From: a virus
Taxonomy: Duplodnaviria; Caudoviricetes
DNA: 61,286 bases
Virus record (IMG/VR): IMGVR_UViG_3300038551_000086
Coordinates: 1-61,286 of that record
Direction: 5' to 3' (one strand)
Within the stretch, counting starts at the first letter, position 1, and the number at the start of each line of letters is the position of its first letter. A program made the position numbers and the translations under genes. The notes beneath the pieces are model-generated. The model searched no databases. It saw nothing but the letters and a program-made list of their open reading frames with translations, and was not told the DNA's origin. Shown here one piece after another: positions 27,475 to 40,200 of this stretch.

Positions 27475-30267
27475 ATGGCGACAGAAAAAAAATATTTGGC
27501 AATCAAGAAATTCAACGGGGTAAATAGGGCTATCTCAGAAAGAGATTCTCTCGAATTTGCGAATACTCTTGAGAATTTCGATACAAATATAGAGGTGGGG
27601 AAACTTATAAGCAGAGGTGATATAGGACTAATTTCTGCTGCTGCTGCGAATATAGATAAATTTGTGAATTATCGTGATATAGATTGGGGGCGAGACGTTT
27701 TAATCGTTTACGACAAAGACGGTACTGCGGCAGACCGCGACCTTTATGTGTTCACCAAGACATTAGGCGCAAGCGCGACTTATGTGGCGCACTCCACCCC
27801 TACCTACAATTACGGCTCACTGCGATTTGGGGACAACCTTCAGTTTCTCGTTCACCGGAACGGGGTAAGGATAGGGACGGGAACGGCAGCGACAAACAGG
27901 GCGATGTTTGCGGGATATATCAACCGGGAGGTTGACAGTGCTCACGATGCTATGTTTAATGACGTTATCAACTTCTCCGACTTCTTCCTGTTGAAACAAC
28001 AGTGGGTGCAGCAATCCAGCTTTGTCAATCACGGTAAGATTATTTACGATTCGACAAGGGCGAAATACTATGTATTGTCAACTGCCGGGCTGGAAATAAG
28101 AGACACCGATTTTTATATTGAAAGAATCTTAAACGACGTGGTTGTTGAAAGAGTGGGTTCTGGCGGAACAGACACCTATCACGGCGGATTGGCACTAACC
28201 GGGAACTCTCTCTATGTTGTGGGGAATGTGCCGGGCACAGAAGATTACAAGCTAATATTGTATGATCTTTCTGATGATTTGACAATAGACGCATCGGCAA
28301 CGTTGTCAAGTGCTTTCGCTTTGGGTGTAGCGACAAACGGAACTTTGGTGTGGATAACTCGCTATGACGGGGCAGATGGTTATATTGACGAATATTCCGC
28401 AGACTTAGCCAGTAGCAACACCCGCTATACCGGATCAGGTGACAAACTTTTCGGCATTACTTATGATACCACCTATGTTTATGCCTGTGATTACACAAAT
28501 AGTAAAATTTTAAGGATGCCGATTGCCGCACCTTATACTCCGGTAGATACACTTTCAACAGCCGCGGGACCGCTTGACATTGTTCATTATAACGGTGTCT
28601 TGTATTTTATAAGACCTACCGTGGTTTATTCTACTCCGACAACCGGATTCCCCACGACGATAACAACCGAATACACCGACGCGACACAGACAAACGAATT
28701 TATCAGTTTTATTGGCGCAGTCCCTTATTTGTCGCAGAGAAGCGGAAGGATTGTCAAATTTGATAACGGAACTGATTTCAATATTGCGGGATATATCCCG
28801 ACTAAGATAGCAATGGGAAATACCACATCATCCAGCAACGCAGACACTTATTTCTACGGAGTGTCTCTTGTTGACATTTATGGGCAGGAATCGCACTTGC
28901 ACCGGGGATGTGTTGTCAACGGCTCGGCAAACACGCCGGGTGTGCACTTGACAATCAGCGTGAATGTGGACAGTGAACGCTTTGCGGAAATGACCTCACC
29001 ATCGACAAGCGTTGATGCCGCTTTGTCGGTATGGAATGAATTTCGCCGGATAAAAGCGATAAGAGTTTACCGGGCTTATAATGAAGATTCGCAAGCATCA
29101 GAGCCGACTACGGCATACAATTTCCTGAGAGAGATTGACATAAACGATTCAAGCTGGACACAGGTATCTGCAAACGTGCTTTATACCTTTGCGGTTTGGG
29201 ATGGTGTTAATCAAGCGGACATTTCCACCGTCACCTACGAAGAATCAAGCGGACTGCCGGAATCGTTTAAGCCGTATTACACCAATTGGCAATACGGTAT
29301 AGAGTTTGAGGACAGGTATTATTACGGCAACGTCCGCACCGACGAACTCAATCCGCATGAAATTGTTCAAACGCCGATTGATGCGCCGGATGTGGCATAT
29401 CAGCACAGCGAGAATATAGACTACTTCCACCCCGACGACGGGGATGAAATAAAAGGGTTTGCAACCGTCTGGAATCGCTATATTGCCTTTAAAGGGCATC
29501 GGTGCATAGTCTATAACGAGTTAAACAAGGAGAACGGTTACGACATTGGGGTATCTGCGGTAAATGCGATTGTGACCCACAACAACGTGGTTTATTTCAT
29601 TTACGGAAACGGGATATACGCGCTTACCCCATCGGGCTATCAAAGAATCTCAATGCCCGTCGATGAACTCTTAGCGTCGGAAACATTGACAACCGCATCG
29701 GCGGTGTATTATAAAAACAAGAGAAAAATCTGGTTCCATGCCAGCGCGTCTAAGTCTTACCTCTTTAACCATGACGAGGGCACATGGGACGTTTACGACG
29801 TAAACAACGGTGCGGCGTTCAATTTTCCCTATATCGGGCTTGCCCTGGATAACAAGATATTCGGCTCAAATGATGTGAACGACAAAGTGTATGAGTTTGA
29901 TTCAAGTGTTGTCGGGGCTACGCCGGATATGACCGTGAAACTCACGACAAACGATATACCGTTAGGCGACAGTTTCCTGAATTACATTGTGACCCGGTTG
30001 TTTGTTACGTTTCACAGCGATACAGCAAGCGAGGGCTTGACGGTTGCGGTATATTGGCTGAATGAGGACGGATGGCACAACAAGAGCTATACCTTTGCTT
30101 CTTCCGGCACATCGAATGAGACTAAGACCAAGTATATAACCGGGGTAAGAGGGCAAATATTGAGATTTGTTATAAGCGAGGATATAGCAGACAGGCTTTT
30201 AATTGACTCCATCGGGGTTGAGTATTTAGTGCAGAAGTATGACCGAATTTTAAACGTGAGCACGTAA
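27475..30267 (+). CDS. Tail nozzle/stabilisation protein (beta-propeller)
   Basis: 930 aa, KFNGVN start, DGDEIKG, propeller-like repeats, GQILRFVI end; follows adaptors. Confidence 0.75.
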   Translation: MATEKKYLAIKKFNGVNRAISERDSLEFANTLENFDTNIEVGKLISRGDIGLISAAAANIDKFVNYRDIDWGRDVLIVYDKDGTAADRDLYVFTKTLGASATYVAHSTPTYNYGSLRFGDNLQFLVHRNGVRIGTGTAATNRAMFAGYINREVDSAHDAMFNDVINFSDFFLLKQQWVQQSSFVNHGKIIYDSTRAKYYVLSTAGLEIRDTDFYIERILNDVVVERVGSGGTDTYHGGLALTGNSLYVVGNVPGTEDYKLILYDLSDDLTIDASATLSSAFALGVATNGTLVWITRYDGADGYIDEYSADLASSNTRYTGSGDKLFGITYDTTYVYACDYTNSKILRMPIAAPYTPVDTLSTAAGPLDIVHYNGVLYFIRPTVVYSTPTTGFPTTITTEYTDATQTNEFISFIGAVPYLSQRSGRIVKFDNGTDFNIAGYIPTKIAMGNTTSSSNADTYFYGVSLVDIYGQESHLHRGCVVNGSANTPGVHLTISVNVDSERFAEMTSPSTSVDAALSVWNEFRRIKAIRVYRAYNEDSQASEPTTAYNFLREIDINDSSWTQVSANVLYTFAVWDGVNQADISTVTYEESSGLPESFKPYYTNWQYGIEFEDRYYYGNVRTDELNPHEIVQTPIDAPDVAYQHSENIDYFHPDDGDEIKGFATVWNRYIAFKGHRCIVYNELNKENGYDIGVSAVNAIVTHNNVVYFIYGNGIYALTPSGYQRISMPVDELLASETLTTASAVYYKNKRKIWFHASASKSYLFNHDEGTWDVYDVNNGAAFNFPYIGLALDNKIFGSNDVNDKVYEFDSSVVGATPDMTVKLTTNDIPLGDSFLNYIVTRLFVTFHSDTASEGLTVAVYWLNEDGWHNKSYTFASSGTSNETKTKYITGVRGQILRFVISEDIADRLLIDSIGVEYLVQKYDRILNVST

Positions 30268-30268
30268 G

Positions 30269-30796
30269 ATGCCGACAAAGCCGCAGAAAAGTTATAAGTT
30301 TGCACAGAAGCCGCTTGAGCCGTTGTTGCAACAACTTTTTCGGGAAACGGAAGATAACTTCCCGGCATACGACAAAGACGGTGATATTGTGGTTGAGAGG
30401 GATATACATTGCCGCAGTTTGTATGTGGACGATGCCAGTATTTACATCGGCGGAGTGAAGATTGAAAAGCCTAAATTCGATGAAGATAATTACTACCTGC
30501 AATATGACCGCACCGCGAAGAAGTTTGTTTATCAGGCGACCACTACCCCGACGACCGAAGATGTGCAGGATATTGTCGGGGCGATGGTTACGGGCAACAC
30601 CGAAACCTTTATTGCGGTGACTTATGAAGATTCGGACGGAACGCTCGACTTTGTAGTTCCGGTTAAAGACGAGGATAACATGGCAAGCAATTCAGATACC
30701 TTTTTAGCAACACAGCAGTCAATCAAGGCCTATGTTGACACGGTTGCGGTGACGACTCAGAATAATTCGGAATTGTTTGCATTTTTTATGAGCTAA
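30269..30796 (+). CDS. Short tail-fibre-like protein
   Basis: Fibre repeats EDVQDIVGAMVTGNTET..VTYEDSDGTLD and KDEDNMASNS...ATQQSIKAYVD. Confidence 0.7.
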   Translation: MPTKPQKSYKFAQKPLEPLLQQLFRETEDNFPAYDKDGDIVVERDIHCRSLYVDDASIYIGGVKIEKPKFDEDNYYLQYDRTAKKFVYQATTTPTTEDVQDIVGAMVTGNTETFIAVTYEDSDGTLDFVVPVKDEDNMASNSDTFLATQQSIKAYVDTVAVTTQNNSELFAFFMS

Positions 30797-30798
30797 AT

Positions 30799-31134
30799 AT
30801 GGCGAATACTTATCAGCAACTTGGACAGGCAAGGGAAAACAGCACGAATGCTGTAAGCGTGTATTCGCCAGGAGCAAGCGAAGAAGTAATTATTAAGCAG
30901 ATTATCGTAGCAAACACAAGCGGAGCAGCAGCAACGGTGAGAATGTTTCACGACAACGACGGTACAACTTACGACGAATCGACAACAGTAGGATGGGACG
31001 TAACGATCCCGGCAAACAGCGTTTGGGATCGAGGCGTAACAATCTGCATGAATAACGCGGCGGGTAACTTCGCTTACCGTTCAAGTGTTGCAAACGCTCT
31101 TACAATAACGATTTACGGCGTAGTAAAAACATGA
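30799..31134 (+). CDS. Small beta-sandwich virion protein
   Basis: VYSPGA..IIKQIIVANTS..ATVR...IPANS...ITIYG. Confidence 0.65.
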   Translation: MANTYQQLGQARENSTNAVSVYSPGASEEVIIKQIIVANTSGAAATVRMFHDNDGTTYDESTTVGWDVTIPANSVWDRGVTICMNNAAGNFAYRSSVANALTITIYGVVKT

Positions 31135-32429
31135 GAAAACTAATATACATTTTCCTGTTACTGAGCGCGGTTGCTTACGCGCAAAGCAGCATCATTTTAC
31201 CGGAGACCAAAGACCGGGAAGTAAAGGCGCAGGATTCCTTTTCGATTGACGCTTTCGGGCGGTGGCGGGTATCTGAACCCTTTACCCTGTTTGACAGCAA
31301 GCAGCTTACTGATTCTGCCGCCTTGTTTTGGGACGACCAGGAAACCGACAGTTCTATCTCTGAGTATGTGGATAATTACGCCGCTACCAAAATGAAAGTG
31401 GCGGATACCACATTGGGAACGCGCACCCGGCAGACCAAAATGAGATTCAACTACCAGCCGGGTAAATCTCAATTAATTCTCCTTACCTTTTCCAACATTA
31501 AGAGCAAAGCCGGGATTACCAAACAGGCGGGGTATTTCGACGACAGGAACGGGATATTTCTGGAAAGCCGCAATGACAGCGTTTTTGTAGTCCGCAGAAC
31601 CTACGTCACCGGGAGCGCGGTAGATAATGAGGTATATCAAACAAGTTGGAATCTCGACACCATGAAGGGCACAGGCACTTCCGGGGTGACGCTGGACTTT
31701 ACCAAAACTCAAATATTTTTAATCGACCTGGAATGGCTCGGAGTCGGGCGGGTAAGATGCGGTTTTGTGGTGGACGGGTTTATCTATTACGTGCATGAGT
31801 TTAACAATGCAAACAGTTTGAGCACCGTTTATATGAGCACGCCGAATTTGCCCTTGCGTTATGCAATCTCAAACGATTCAACGGCAATGGCAGACAGCAT
31901 GTATCATATTTGCTCAAGCGTTATCAGCGAGGGAGGGCAGCAGGAAAACGGGGTATTGCGCTACAAGTCCACCGAGGGAACGAATCAGAACGCCGACGTG
32001 GAAAACACCCTGTATTCGGTATTGGGAATAAAGCTAAAATCGACCCATTTAGGCTCGGTGGTGAAGTTGGTAAATGTAGCCTTGCAGGTGCATACGGCAT
32101 CTTCCAAATGTGAGTGGGTATTGTTATTAAACCCGACCATTGCCGGGGCTAAGACGTGGGCGGATGAAACCAACAGCGCGGTACAGACCTTTGCGGGAGT
32201 AACGGCAAATACGGTAACGGGCGGGTATGCGATAACCGGGGGATTTGTCGAAACCGGGGGCGTAGCGGCTGGCGGGGCGGGATCGGTGCAGAGTTCAATA
32301 CAAAACGCAATTTACTTAGGCTCAACCATCGCCGGGGTGTCGGATTCAATTGTTGTGGCGGTGAGACCGATTGGCGGAAGCACCCTTGTTGACGTGGAAG
32401 GGGCTTTGACATGGAGAGAATTACAATAG
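31131..32429 (+). CDS. Phage structural-family protein with Sec signal peptide
   Basis: DAFGRWRVS, YQPGKS, DLEWLGVGRVRCGF, CSSVISEGG motifs; signal ...AVAYA|Q. Confidence 0.72.
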   Translation: MRKLIYIFLLLSAVAYAQSSIILPETKDREVKAQDSFSIDAFGRWRVSEPFTLFDSKQLTDSAALFWDDQETDSSISEYVDNYAATKMKVADTTLGTRTRQTKMRFNYQPGKSQLILLTFSNIKSKAGITKQAGYFDDRNGIFLESRNDSVFVVRRTYVTGSAVDNEVYQTSWNLDTMKGTGTSGVTLDFTKTQIFLIDLEWLGVGRVRCGFVVDGFIYYVHEFNNANSLSTVYMSTPNLPLRYAISNDSTAMADSMYHICSSVISEGGQQENGVLRYKSTEGTNQNADVENTLYSVLGIKLKSTHLGSVVKLVNVALQVHTASSKCEWVLLLNPTIAGAKTWADETNSAVQTFAGVTANTVTGGYAITGGFVETGGVAAGGAGSVQSSIQNAIYLGSTIAGVSDSIVVAVRPIGGSTLVDVEGALTWRELQ

Positions 32430-32439
32430 GAGCAATAGA

Positions 32440-32910
32440 ATGGCAAGTACTATTACAGCAGCAAGTTTAGTAGTAACGATTACGGAGAGTATTTTTTTAA
32501 ACGGCAAAGATCACGGCGCGGAGAACACCTTGACGCTTACGAGCATTAATGAAGTGACCAAGAGAATTGTCACCGTCCCGACAAGCGAAGTGATTCTGAT
32601 AGCATTTTCAACCGCAGTGGCAGCCGGAACTTTCGTCGAGAGCACCGTTAAGTATATCCGAATCACTAACAAAGACGACACCAATCACGTCGGGTTGATC
32701 TTCAGAAATGAGGACAGCGACGAGTTCAGCATTAAGCTGGATAAAGGGCAGTCGTTCATTTACAACGGCGACGTGTCGGGCGGTGTGGTTGACACGATGG
32801 ATGCGGCAGCGACCGCAGTAACGCCGAACACCTTTGCCGACCTTGTGGATATAACCGCAATCGCAGACACGGCATCGGTGGATGTTGAAATCTTTATTGC
32901 AAGCACATAA
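32440..32910 (+). CDS. Virion structural protein
   Basis: KYIRITNKDDTN...VDVEIFIAST, a common tail-region family. Confidence 0.65.
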   Translation: MASTITAASLVVTITESIFLNGKDHGAENTLTLTSINEVTKRIVTVPTSEVILIAFSTAVAAGTFVESTVKYIRITNKDDTNHVGLIFRNEDSDEFSIKLDKGQSFIYNGDVSGGVVDTMDAAATAVTPNTFADLVDITAIADTASVDVEIFIAST

Positions 32911-32924
32911 GAGAGGTAATAAAC

Positions 32925-33551
32925 ATGGCATTACCAGCAATTTTAGCAGGAATAGGTACTGGGATCGGGGCGCTTGGTTCATTATTCGGAACAGGCAGCA
33001 AGACCGAGATTCCGCCGGAACTCCGGGAAATTTACAACCTTCTGATGCAGCAGTCACAGGAAGGCTTATCAGACCGCACCGTTGACATGCTATTGCGCCG
33101 CGCGAAAACCGGGCTTGGCAATGAAGCCGGGGCATTGGGCGCAATGACCGAGGCAAGGCTTACCCGCCAGGGCGCGGGGACGGGCGTAAAACAGTCCGCA
33201 TTGAGCCGGATAAACGAACAGCGATTACGCGGCATCGGGGATGTGACAACTCAGGTAGGGTTAGCCGACGAAGAAGCGAAACAAGCCGCCTTGCGCCAGT
33301 TAGCGCAGTTAGCGCCGATGTTTGGCGACCCGAACTTTAAGAGCCAATACGGGCAGGGCTTCGCAGACCTGCTACAAGGAGGCTTGAGTTATCTTCTGAA
33401 TCAACCGGGAAAGCAACCGGCAGCCGCACCCAATCCGATACTTGACGCAGTGAATGAATTTCTTTACCCGTCAACTCAAAACCCGATCCAGGTACAGCAA
33501 CCGAATGTAAACCCGACACCTTACTTATTGCAGTTTGGCGGAGGCAAATAA
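32925..33551 (+). CDS. Putative DNA ejection/pilot protein
   Basis: Gly/Ala-rich hydrophobic N-terminus AILAGIGTGIGALGSLFG; Q/A-rich helices. Confidence 0.65.
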   Translation: MALPAILAGIGTGIGALGSLFGTGSKTEIPPELREIYNLLMQQSQEGLSDRTVDMLLRRAKTGLGNEAGALGAMTEARLTRQGAGTGVKQSALSRINEQRLRGIGDVTTQVGLADEEAKQAALRQLAQLAPMFGDPNFKSQYGQGFADLLQGGLSYLLNQPGKQPAAAPNPILDAVNEFLYPSTQNPIQVQQPNVNPTPYLLQFGGGK

Positions 33552-34283
33552 ATGGCAGAGAAACTTGAGAGAACCCGAACACCTGACCGCTTGCAGGGCG
33601 CGGAGAACGCTTCACGTGCAATCGCCAACGTGCTCAACTTTACATTAGGGCAACAGATACAGCGAGAGCAGCAGCGCAAGGCGTTAGAAGCGGTTGCACA
33701 GGAGCAAGAGTTTAAGAAAGCGTTGCAACAGCAGGAGCAGCAAGCGGCGTTGTCGCGGTTGCAATCTGACCTTGCTCACCGGGCGGTTGCAGACCAACGG
33801 GCGCGGGATTTGGAACGGCAAAAGTTAGACGAGATGGCGCGGCACAACAAGGCAATGGAAGCGTCAGAAGCGGAACAAGCAAGGGCTTTAGCACAACAAC
33901 GCCGGGAATTAGCGGCGAGAACAAAGCAGGACGCGGTTGTTGAGAGCCTGTCAAAGTCGATGAAAGACCGCATTGATCGCCTTGATATACTTTACGGTTA
34001 CGGCAACGATCCGGCAGCACAATTACAAGTGCAACAGATATTGAAAGAGATACCTATCATTCAGAGGCAGCTTGACGCGGTAAGATCGGGCGGGGCTATT
34101 TCACCCGACTTTATGCAGCAAGTAGAGCAGACAACAACACCGCAACAATTCCCGGTAAGAGAAGAATTTGGTATATATACCCCTCCGGGACCAAGTTTTG
34201 CCATGCCGCAGACATACGGCGATTTGGAGAAAACAGCAAAAGGCGCAGCCGAACAACCTAAATCTAAGCCGAGGCTCTATTAA
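33552..34283 (+). CDS. Putative ejection protein (coiled-coil)
   Basis: Q/E/R-rich helix with E.ARHNKAME. Confidence 0.6.
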   Translation: MAEKLERTRTPDRLQGAENASRAIANVLNFTLGQQIQREQQRKALEAVAQEQEFKKALQQQEQQAALSRLQSDLAHRAVADQRARDLERQKLDEMARHNKAMEASEAEQARALAQQRRELAARTKQDAVVESLSKSMKDRIDRLDILYGYGNDPAAQLQVQQILKEIPIIQRQLDAVRSGGAISPDFMQQVEQTTTPQQFPVREEFGIYTPPGPSFAMPQTYGDLEKTAKGAAEQPKSKPRLY

Positions 34284-37200
34284 TGCCCGAAGAAATCCTA
34301 AAAAAAGTCTATGAAGGCGGATCGAAGTATTACGATCTGGATGATTACGACACTTTCAAACGGAAGATGCAAGACCCCGCAATCAGACGGAAAGTTTATG
34401 ATGGGTTGTCTCAGTATTATCAACTTGACGATTTTGCTAAGTTTGAAACAGATATAGGGATTCAGGCGAAGCCAAAGGAAAGCGAAAAAGATATTGGTTT
34501 TTTTAAGGCAGTCGGAAAAGCGTTATATCCAACAAGGTCATTTAGCCCGGAGGTGGTTAAGAAAGAGGGCGGGGACATAATTTCTTTAAACACAGTTGGG
34601 GAAACAGCCTTGAACGCTCTGATGTTGCTATCTGATTATATTCCTTCATCTTTTTTCCCCACAAGAAGCGGACCATATAAGGGCGTTAAAGAGACCATCC
34701 CGCAGGCTATTGCAAGAAGAAAAGAAAGATGGGAAACACTTTCGCCGGAAGAACTACAAACATCAGGGCAGGCTTTTCATTATGCACAGGGCGGAGTAGT
34801 TCAACCTCTTAGCCCGGAGATGGCTGAGGGTGTGGGCAAACAAGCCACTGAATTTATAGCCGACCCCCTTTGGATTCCTGGAATCAAAATAACCAAAGCT
34901 GGAATAGGGGCAATCTCAAGGGCTATGAAAGCTATGAAGGCGGGTAAAGAAGCTGACGCAATTAGAATAATCGGCAAGATCGAAGGAGTTACCGCCAACC
35001 AAGCCGACGAGTATGTAAAATTCTGGACAGCGCCGGAGAATAAGGCGAAATTGGATGAAGCTGAGGCGATAGTCAACAAGAGAGCGTTTGATGCAGAGAA
35101 AGTCGGCAAGCCGGAACTTGAGGCTTTAAACGAACGGCTTAGAACACAGGAACGATTAACCCGCTTAGGAAAACAGACCGAGGAAATGGCTGGAAGCCGG
35201 GTGATACTCGGACCCAACGAAGAAAGAATAACTATCCGACCCGACGGAAGCCGGATTATCCGCGATAAATACGGCAATCTGATTGAAGAAATACCGTCCG
35301 CTAAAGCAACGCCCGAAGATGTAGCTGTGAGAGAGAAATTAAGAGAAGCGGCGGTAAGAGAGAAGAAGCCCGAAGCCCCTACCCCGCTTGAACAGCTGAC
35401 CACCAAAGTCAAAGCAGGTGAGGCTACCGGCGAAGAAATCAAGACCTTTGTCAAAGAAAGCGAACCCGCAACGGTTGAGAAAGCCGAGCAGATATTAAGA
35501 AAGGCGCACAAGGAAGCTAAGACACCCGAAGAAGGTTCTGACATTGCTAACGGCATTGACGTATTGACACAGGCAAGCGGTAAAAAGCCGAAAGTGCCTA
35601 CGCCAAAAGCGCCACCTAAAAAAGCTCCAATATCTAAAAAGGTAGAAAAAGAATATCAGGCGGGGAGGGCAAGCGCAGAAGCCAATATACAGGAAAGAGG
35701 GGAGCAATTCGCAAGGAATATGGCGAAAAAGCCGGGATATGGAGCAACAGAAGAAATACAAGCGTATTGGAAGGGCTATGCCGACGTGCTGGATGAAGCA
35801 AGAGCACCCGCAAAAAAAGTGGCAACGAAGGGAGAATTAACACCTTATGAAAAATCAGCCAAAGGCGCACCATCGGGAGCGCAGAAGGTGACAACTGCAA
35901 TCGGGCGCGATCCGAATTTGCGATTGCTTGACAGCGAGATTGAGGGAATATACGGCAAGGGTACGAAAGAAACCGAGGACTTGATTAGGAAAATTGGCGG
36001 TGGCAAAAGAACCCTTGACGATGTTTCCCGCGAATTGCAGGAAGCTGGAACGATTGCACCCGCACCGCAGGACTATAATTCACAGCACCTTATCAATTTG
36101 ATTACCGAAGATGCGCCGACAGTGGCAAAGGCAGAGCGACAGGCGGAGAAAGCGGCAGAGCAGGTTTTCGGCAAGACAGCGAAAAAAGCACCGAAGGTTC
36201 AAGAGCGACCTACTCCCCCAACGCCGACAGGGGCAAAAGAGAATATCGCTTACAACAATTTTAAAGAGGGCGACAAGTTTACTGTTGACGGTGAGGAATT
36301 TACTGTTACAAGCAAGATGATTGAGAATGACGGTGAAGTAGTAGGTGTCAGGCTTAAAGACCGAAAGAATTACGAGCAAGATTTAACAGATTGGAAGTCA
36401 GGTGTTGATATTGACGAAGGCAGTTTAAAGAAAGCGGGGGCAGAGCCTACACCTGCAATAGAACTTACAGCCTTTAAACCAAATCCCAAATTGCCAGATT
36501 GGTTAAATGATGCAATGTTGAGAGAGGGCAAAAATCCAAACAGACCTTTCAATGAGATAGATATTACAAATAAGTCGGTAAGAGATGCCATAGAAGCCGA
36601 TCCATCCTTGACAAGGAAAGAGAAAGATTCTTTGTTGAAAACCGGCTCAAGGCAAGAACCTACACCTGCACCGAAGGCGGAAACACCCGCTAAACCGGAG
36701 ATCGTCGAACCTGAGCAGGCTGGGACGGCAAAACAGGGCGTTTTAGGGGAAGGCGAGACTGCACCCACACCGAAAGCCGAGCCGATTGAACAAGTCACAA
36801 AAGGGAAAAAGGAGTTTCCAAAGAATTTCAGAGAATTATTGCCAGAAGAACAAGGGGCACTTGTCGTTGACACCTTAGAAAAAGGTGAAATAATAAAGGT
36901 TGGCAATACTGAATACAAAATAACAAGCAAGACTCCCAAGAAGATAACCATAAAAAATTTAAAAACAGGGAAATCCGGCACTATTTATAAATGGGGCAAT
37001 CAGAATGTTGCATGGATGAAAACAAAGAATGACGGGACAGCGACAGGATTTTTTAGAGACATTGAATCTGATATAACAAGAAGCCTTATAAGTGAAAAAA
37101 ATATATTCGGGCAAGTCAAAACAGAAGCCTACAATAGAGCAATAAAGAGGTTCGATGAATTAAAAAGTCAAGCAAAGCCCAAAGCCGAGCCTACCCCCAT

Positions 37201-40200
37201 CGAGCAGGTGACGAAGGGGAAAGAATTGAAAGAAGGCGAATCTATCCCCTTGCAGCGCGGCACGAAAGAGTTTACCGAGCAACAGGCGAAAGCGGGAAAG
37301 AAACCCGCAAAGCTCACCAAACAGCAAAAGAAAGAAAAGTTTGCTAAGAAGCTGGAAGAAGGAGAATACAAGGGGGATATGTTTGTTGAGGAAGGCAAAG
37401 CGCGACAGACTTCTTTGCTGGAAAAGGAAAAGCCGACACCGCTTGAACAGGTGGCAAAACCGACCGCAGAGTTGAATTATGCAGACAGATGGAATAATAG
37501 CCTAAAATTGGGCAGAAAGGTTGAACTCGTTAAGGGCGGGAAATGGGTAACGAATAAAGGCGGATTGTCAAAACTTGGTGAGAAAATTGCCGAATCAAAA
37601 TGGGAAGATATTTCACCCGCAGCGCAAAAAGTTTTACAACGGGAAATTGATAAATTTTACAAGACCGCTAAAGCTACACCCGTCGAACAACTCACCGCGC
37701 CTAAACAGACCTTCCGCCAGTTTGTCGAGAGCAAGGGTGTAGAGTGGGATCAGGTTAGCGGGGCAAGGAAAGATGAAGTGTTGCGGCAACGGTTGTTTGA
37801 CGAATTTCAAGGGAAGAAACCGGAAAAGGTGAATGTGACATTTACCAATCTGCAAGAGATACCGGGATCAAAAAAGGCTACGATAATGGTTGACCTGCCG
37901 AGCAAGACAACGGTAGGTTATGATGCTTCTCGTCATATCTTGAGTGATGCGGAAAAAGCGAAACTCAACAAGGCTATACAAAAAGGCGGATTTGAGGGCG
38001 CGGTTGAAGAACCGGAATTCTTGCTTATGATGAAAGATTACAAGCCCAAGAAAGCAAAGACAGGCAAAGAGTTTGCCGAGGGCTTACTTGACGCGGCGAA
38101 AAAGGATATATTCGGGCAGGAACTCGGCATAACTCCCGATCCTTACCGCAACCTGAAGAAGTTTCTCGATGAAAACAAGCTGAGGCTCACCGATGCCGAG
38201 CGCAAGAAACTGATGGATTTCGCCAGTGGCGTAGCAAAGCGCGGATTGCTTACAGCAGAGAAACGCCAGCAGTTGATTGATGAATATATTGCCAAAAACT
38301 TTACGCGGACACCGGAAGGGATACCGACAGCGAAAACGGGAGAAACGCCGCTCGAGAGGTTGACTAAGACAGAGCCGATAACTCCGGCAGTCACAGAAGC
38401 GACAGAGGGAACGGTAAAGAAAGTTAAGCCTAAGACTTTCCGACAGCTTGAGAATAAGTGGAAGCAGCCGATGGGCGAAGGGAAACCGACTACACCTGGC
38501 TATAATGTTGAGAAGATGCACCCGGCATTGAAAGACGAATTGCCGCAGATAATTGAGAATTTCCGGGAAGAATTTAACTTGATGCGCGGGGAACGGCTTA
38601 CCACCGAGCAAGCTATTGATTCGGCTATTAAATTCGCCGGGAATCTAACAGACGATGCAGTAATGACCCTGAAACGCTCAGACGTAACAAATGCGTCCCA
38701 CCTGCTCGGCGCAAGAATTTACGTCAACAACCGATTGCTTGAGATTTCCGACAAGTTGGCTGCCATACCGAAAGACGCAAGCGGTAAATTAATCGGTGAA
38801 ATTACCGCAGAGAATAAGCACGTTCTTGATATGTATATGAAAGTCCGATCATTGGGAACAGAAACAGCAAGGGCTTTGCGCTTTATGCAGATACCGATGG
38901 GCGACAACCTGATAAACGGGATGAAAAAATACCGTGACGTTCTTGCGAAAATTGATCCCAAGTCTGCTAAGGTATTATCGGATGTTATTGCCGATGCCGA
39001 AAAACTTCCCACTAAAACCGATGCAATACTATTCTGGTGGTATAACGGTATGTTGTCAAACCCGTTTACCGACCTTGCAAACATTACCGGGAACGCTTCA
39101 CATCTTACGTGGGAAATAATGACCAATATGGCTCATAAACCATCGTCCATAAAGCAAATGTTCAAGGGGCTTTGGGAAGGTTCAAAGGAAGGCGTGAAGC
39201 AAGCAAAGGCAATTTACAATCAGGAAAAAGAATTGTTAAGCAAGTTTTCCGGGGACATTGGACGGGCAAGGTATGACGTATATCCTAAGACGAAAGTCGG
39301 TAAATTTCTGAGGAGTACTCTACCAACAACCCGACTTGCGATGGAAGATGCAATATTTTCAAACATGGCTAAGCAAATGAGAATCGGGGTTGAATCTCCG
39401 ATACTGGCTAAAAAATTCGGCACTACCGTTGACGATGTTTTAGAAACCGTAAAGAATGTTATCGAAAATCCTGAGTTTGTAGCAGGAGCGAATGATAAGG
39501 TGTATAGAGACTTAGCTGAATACGCCGAGAAATACGCTGAATATTTGACCTTTAGAACGCCGCTAAAGAGCAAGTTCATGCAGGGAGCGCAGCAAACGCT
39601 TTGGGTTAAGCCGTTTATTCCCTTCCCGCGCGTAATGGCAAATATCGCAAAGGCGGGATTTAAAAACTCCCCGGCTGGAATTATAAAATTTTTCGGCAAA
39701 GATGCAAAGACGCTATCCGCTTTTGAACGGCAGGATATAGCAAGACGGGCTTTGGCGGGGACTGCGGTGTTTTCGGGATTGGGCACAATGATGGCGGCGG
39801 GAAAGATTGAGATAACCGGATCGGGACCGGAGAGCAAGAAAGAGCGCGAATTATGGGACAAGATGGGATACAAGCCGAATCACATCTACATCGTTGACGG
39901 TGACGGTTCAAAGACCGGAATATCCTATCAGAACATAAACCCGTTTAACGTGATTCTTGCGGTAATGGGTAACTGGCAGGATCAGTACCGTTTCGGGAAC
40001 AAGCTCACCGACGACGAGAAAACCCTTACCGAGAGGTTGAGTTATGCCCTTGCCGGGGCAGCGGCAACCATGACCGATCAGAGCTTTATGCAGGGCATAT
40101 CAAATCTATACGACTGGATCAGGTATAAAGACGAGGGATATTTAGAGGACTTCTTTACCAAACCGTTTATCCCAAACATTGTCGGATTTCCGCGAAACTT

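Noticed and set aside
22322-39873. Long minus-strand ORFs within MCP, cement and giant protein genes
   Set aside because: Shadow frames of strongly coding plus-strand genes
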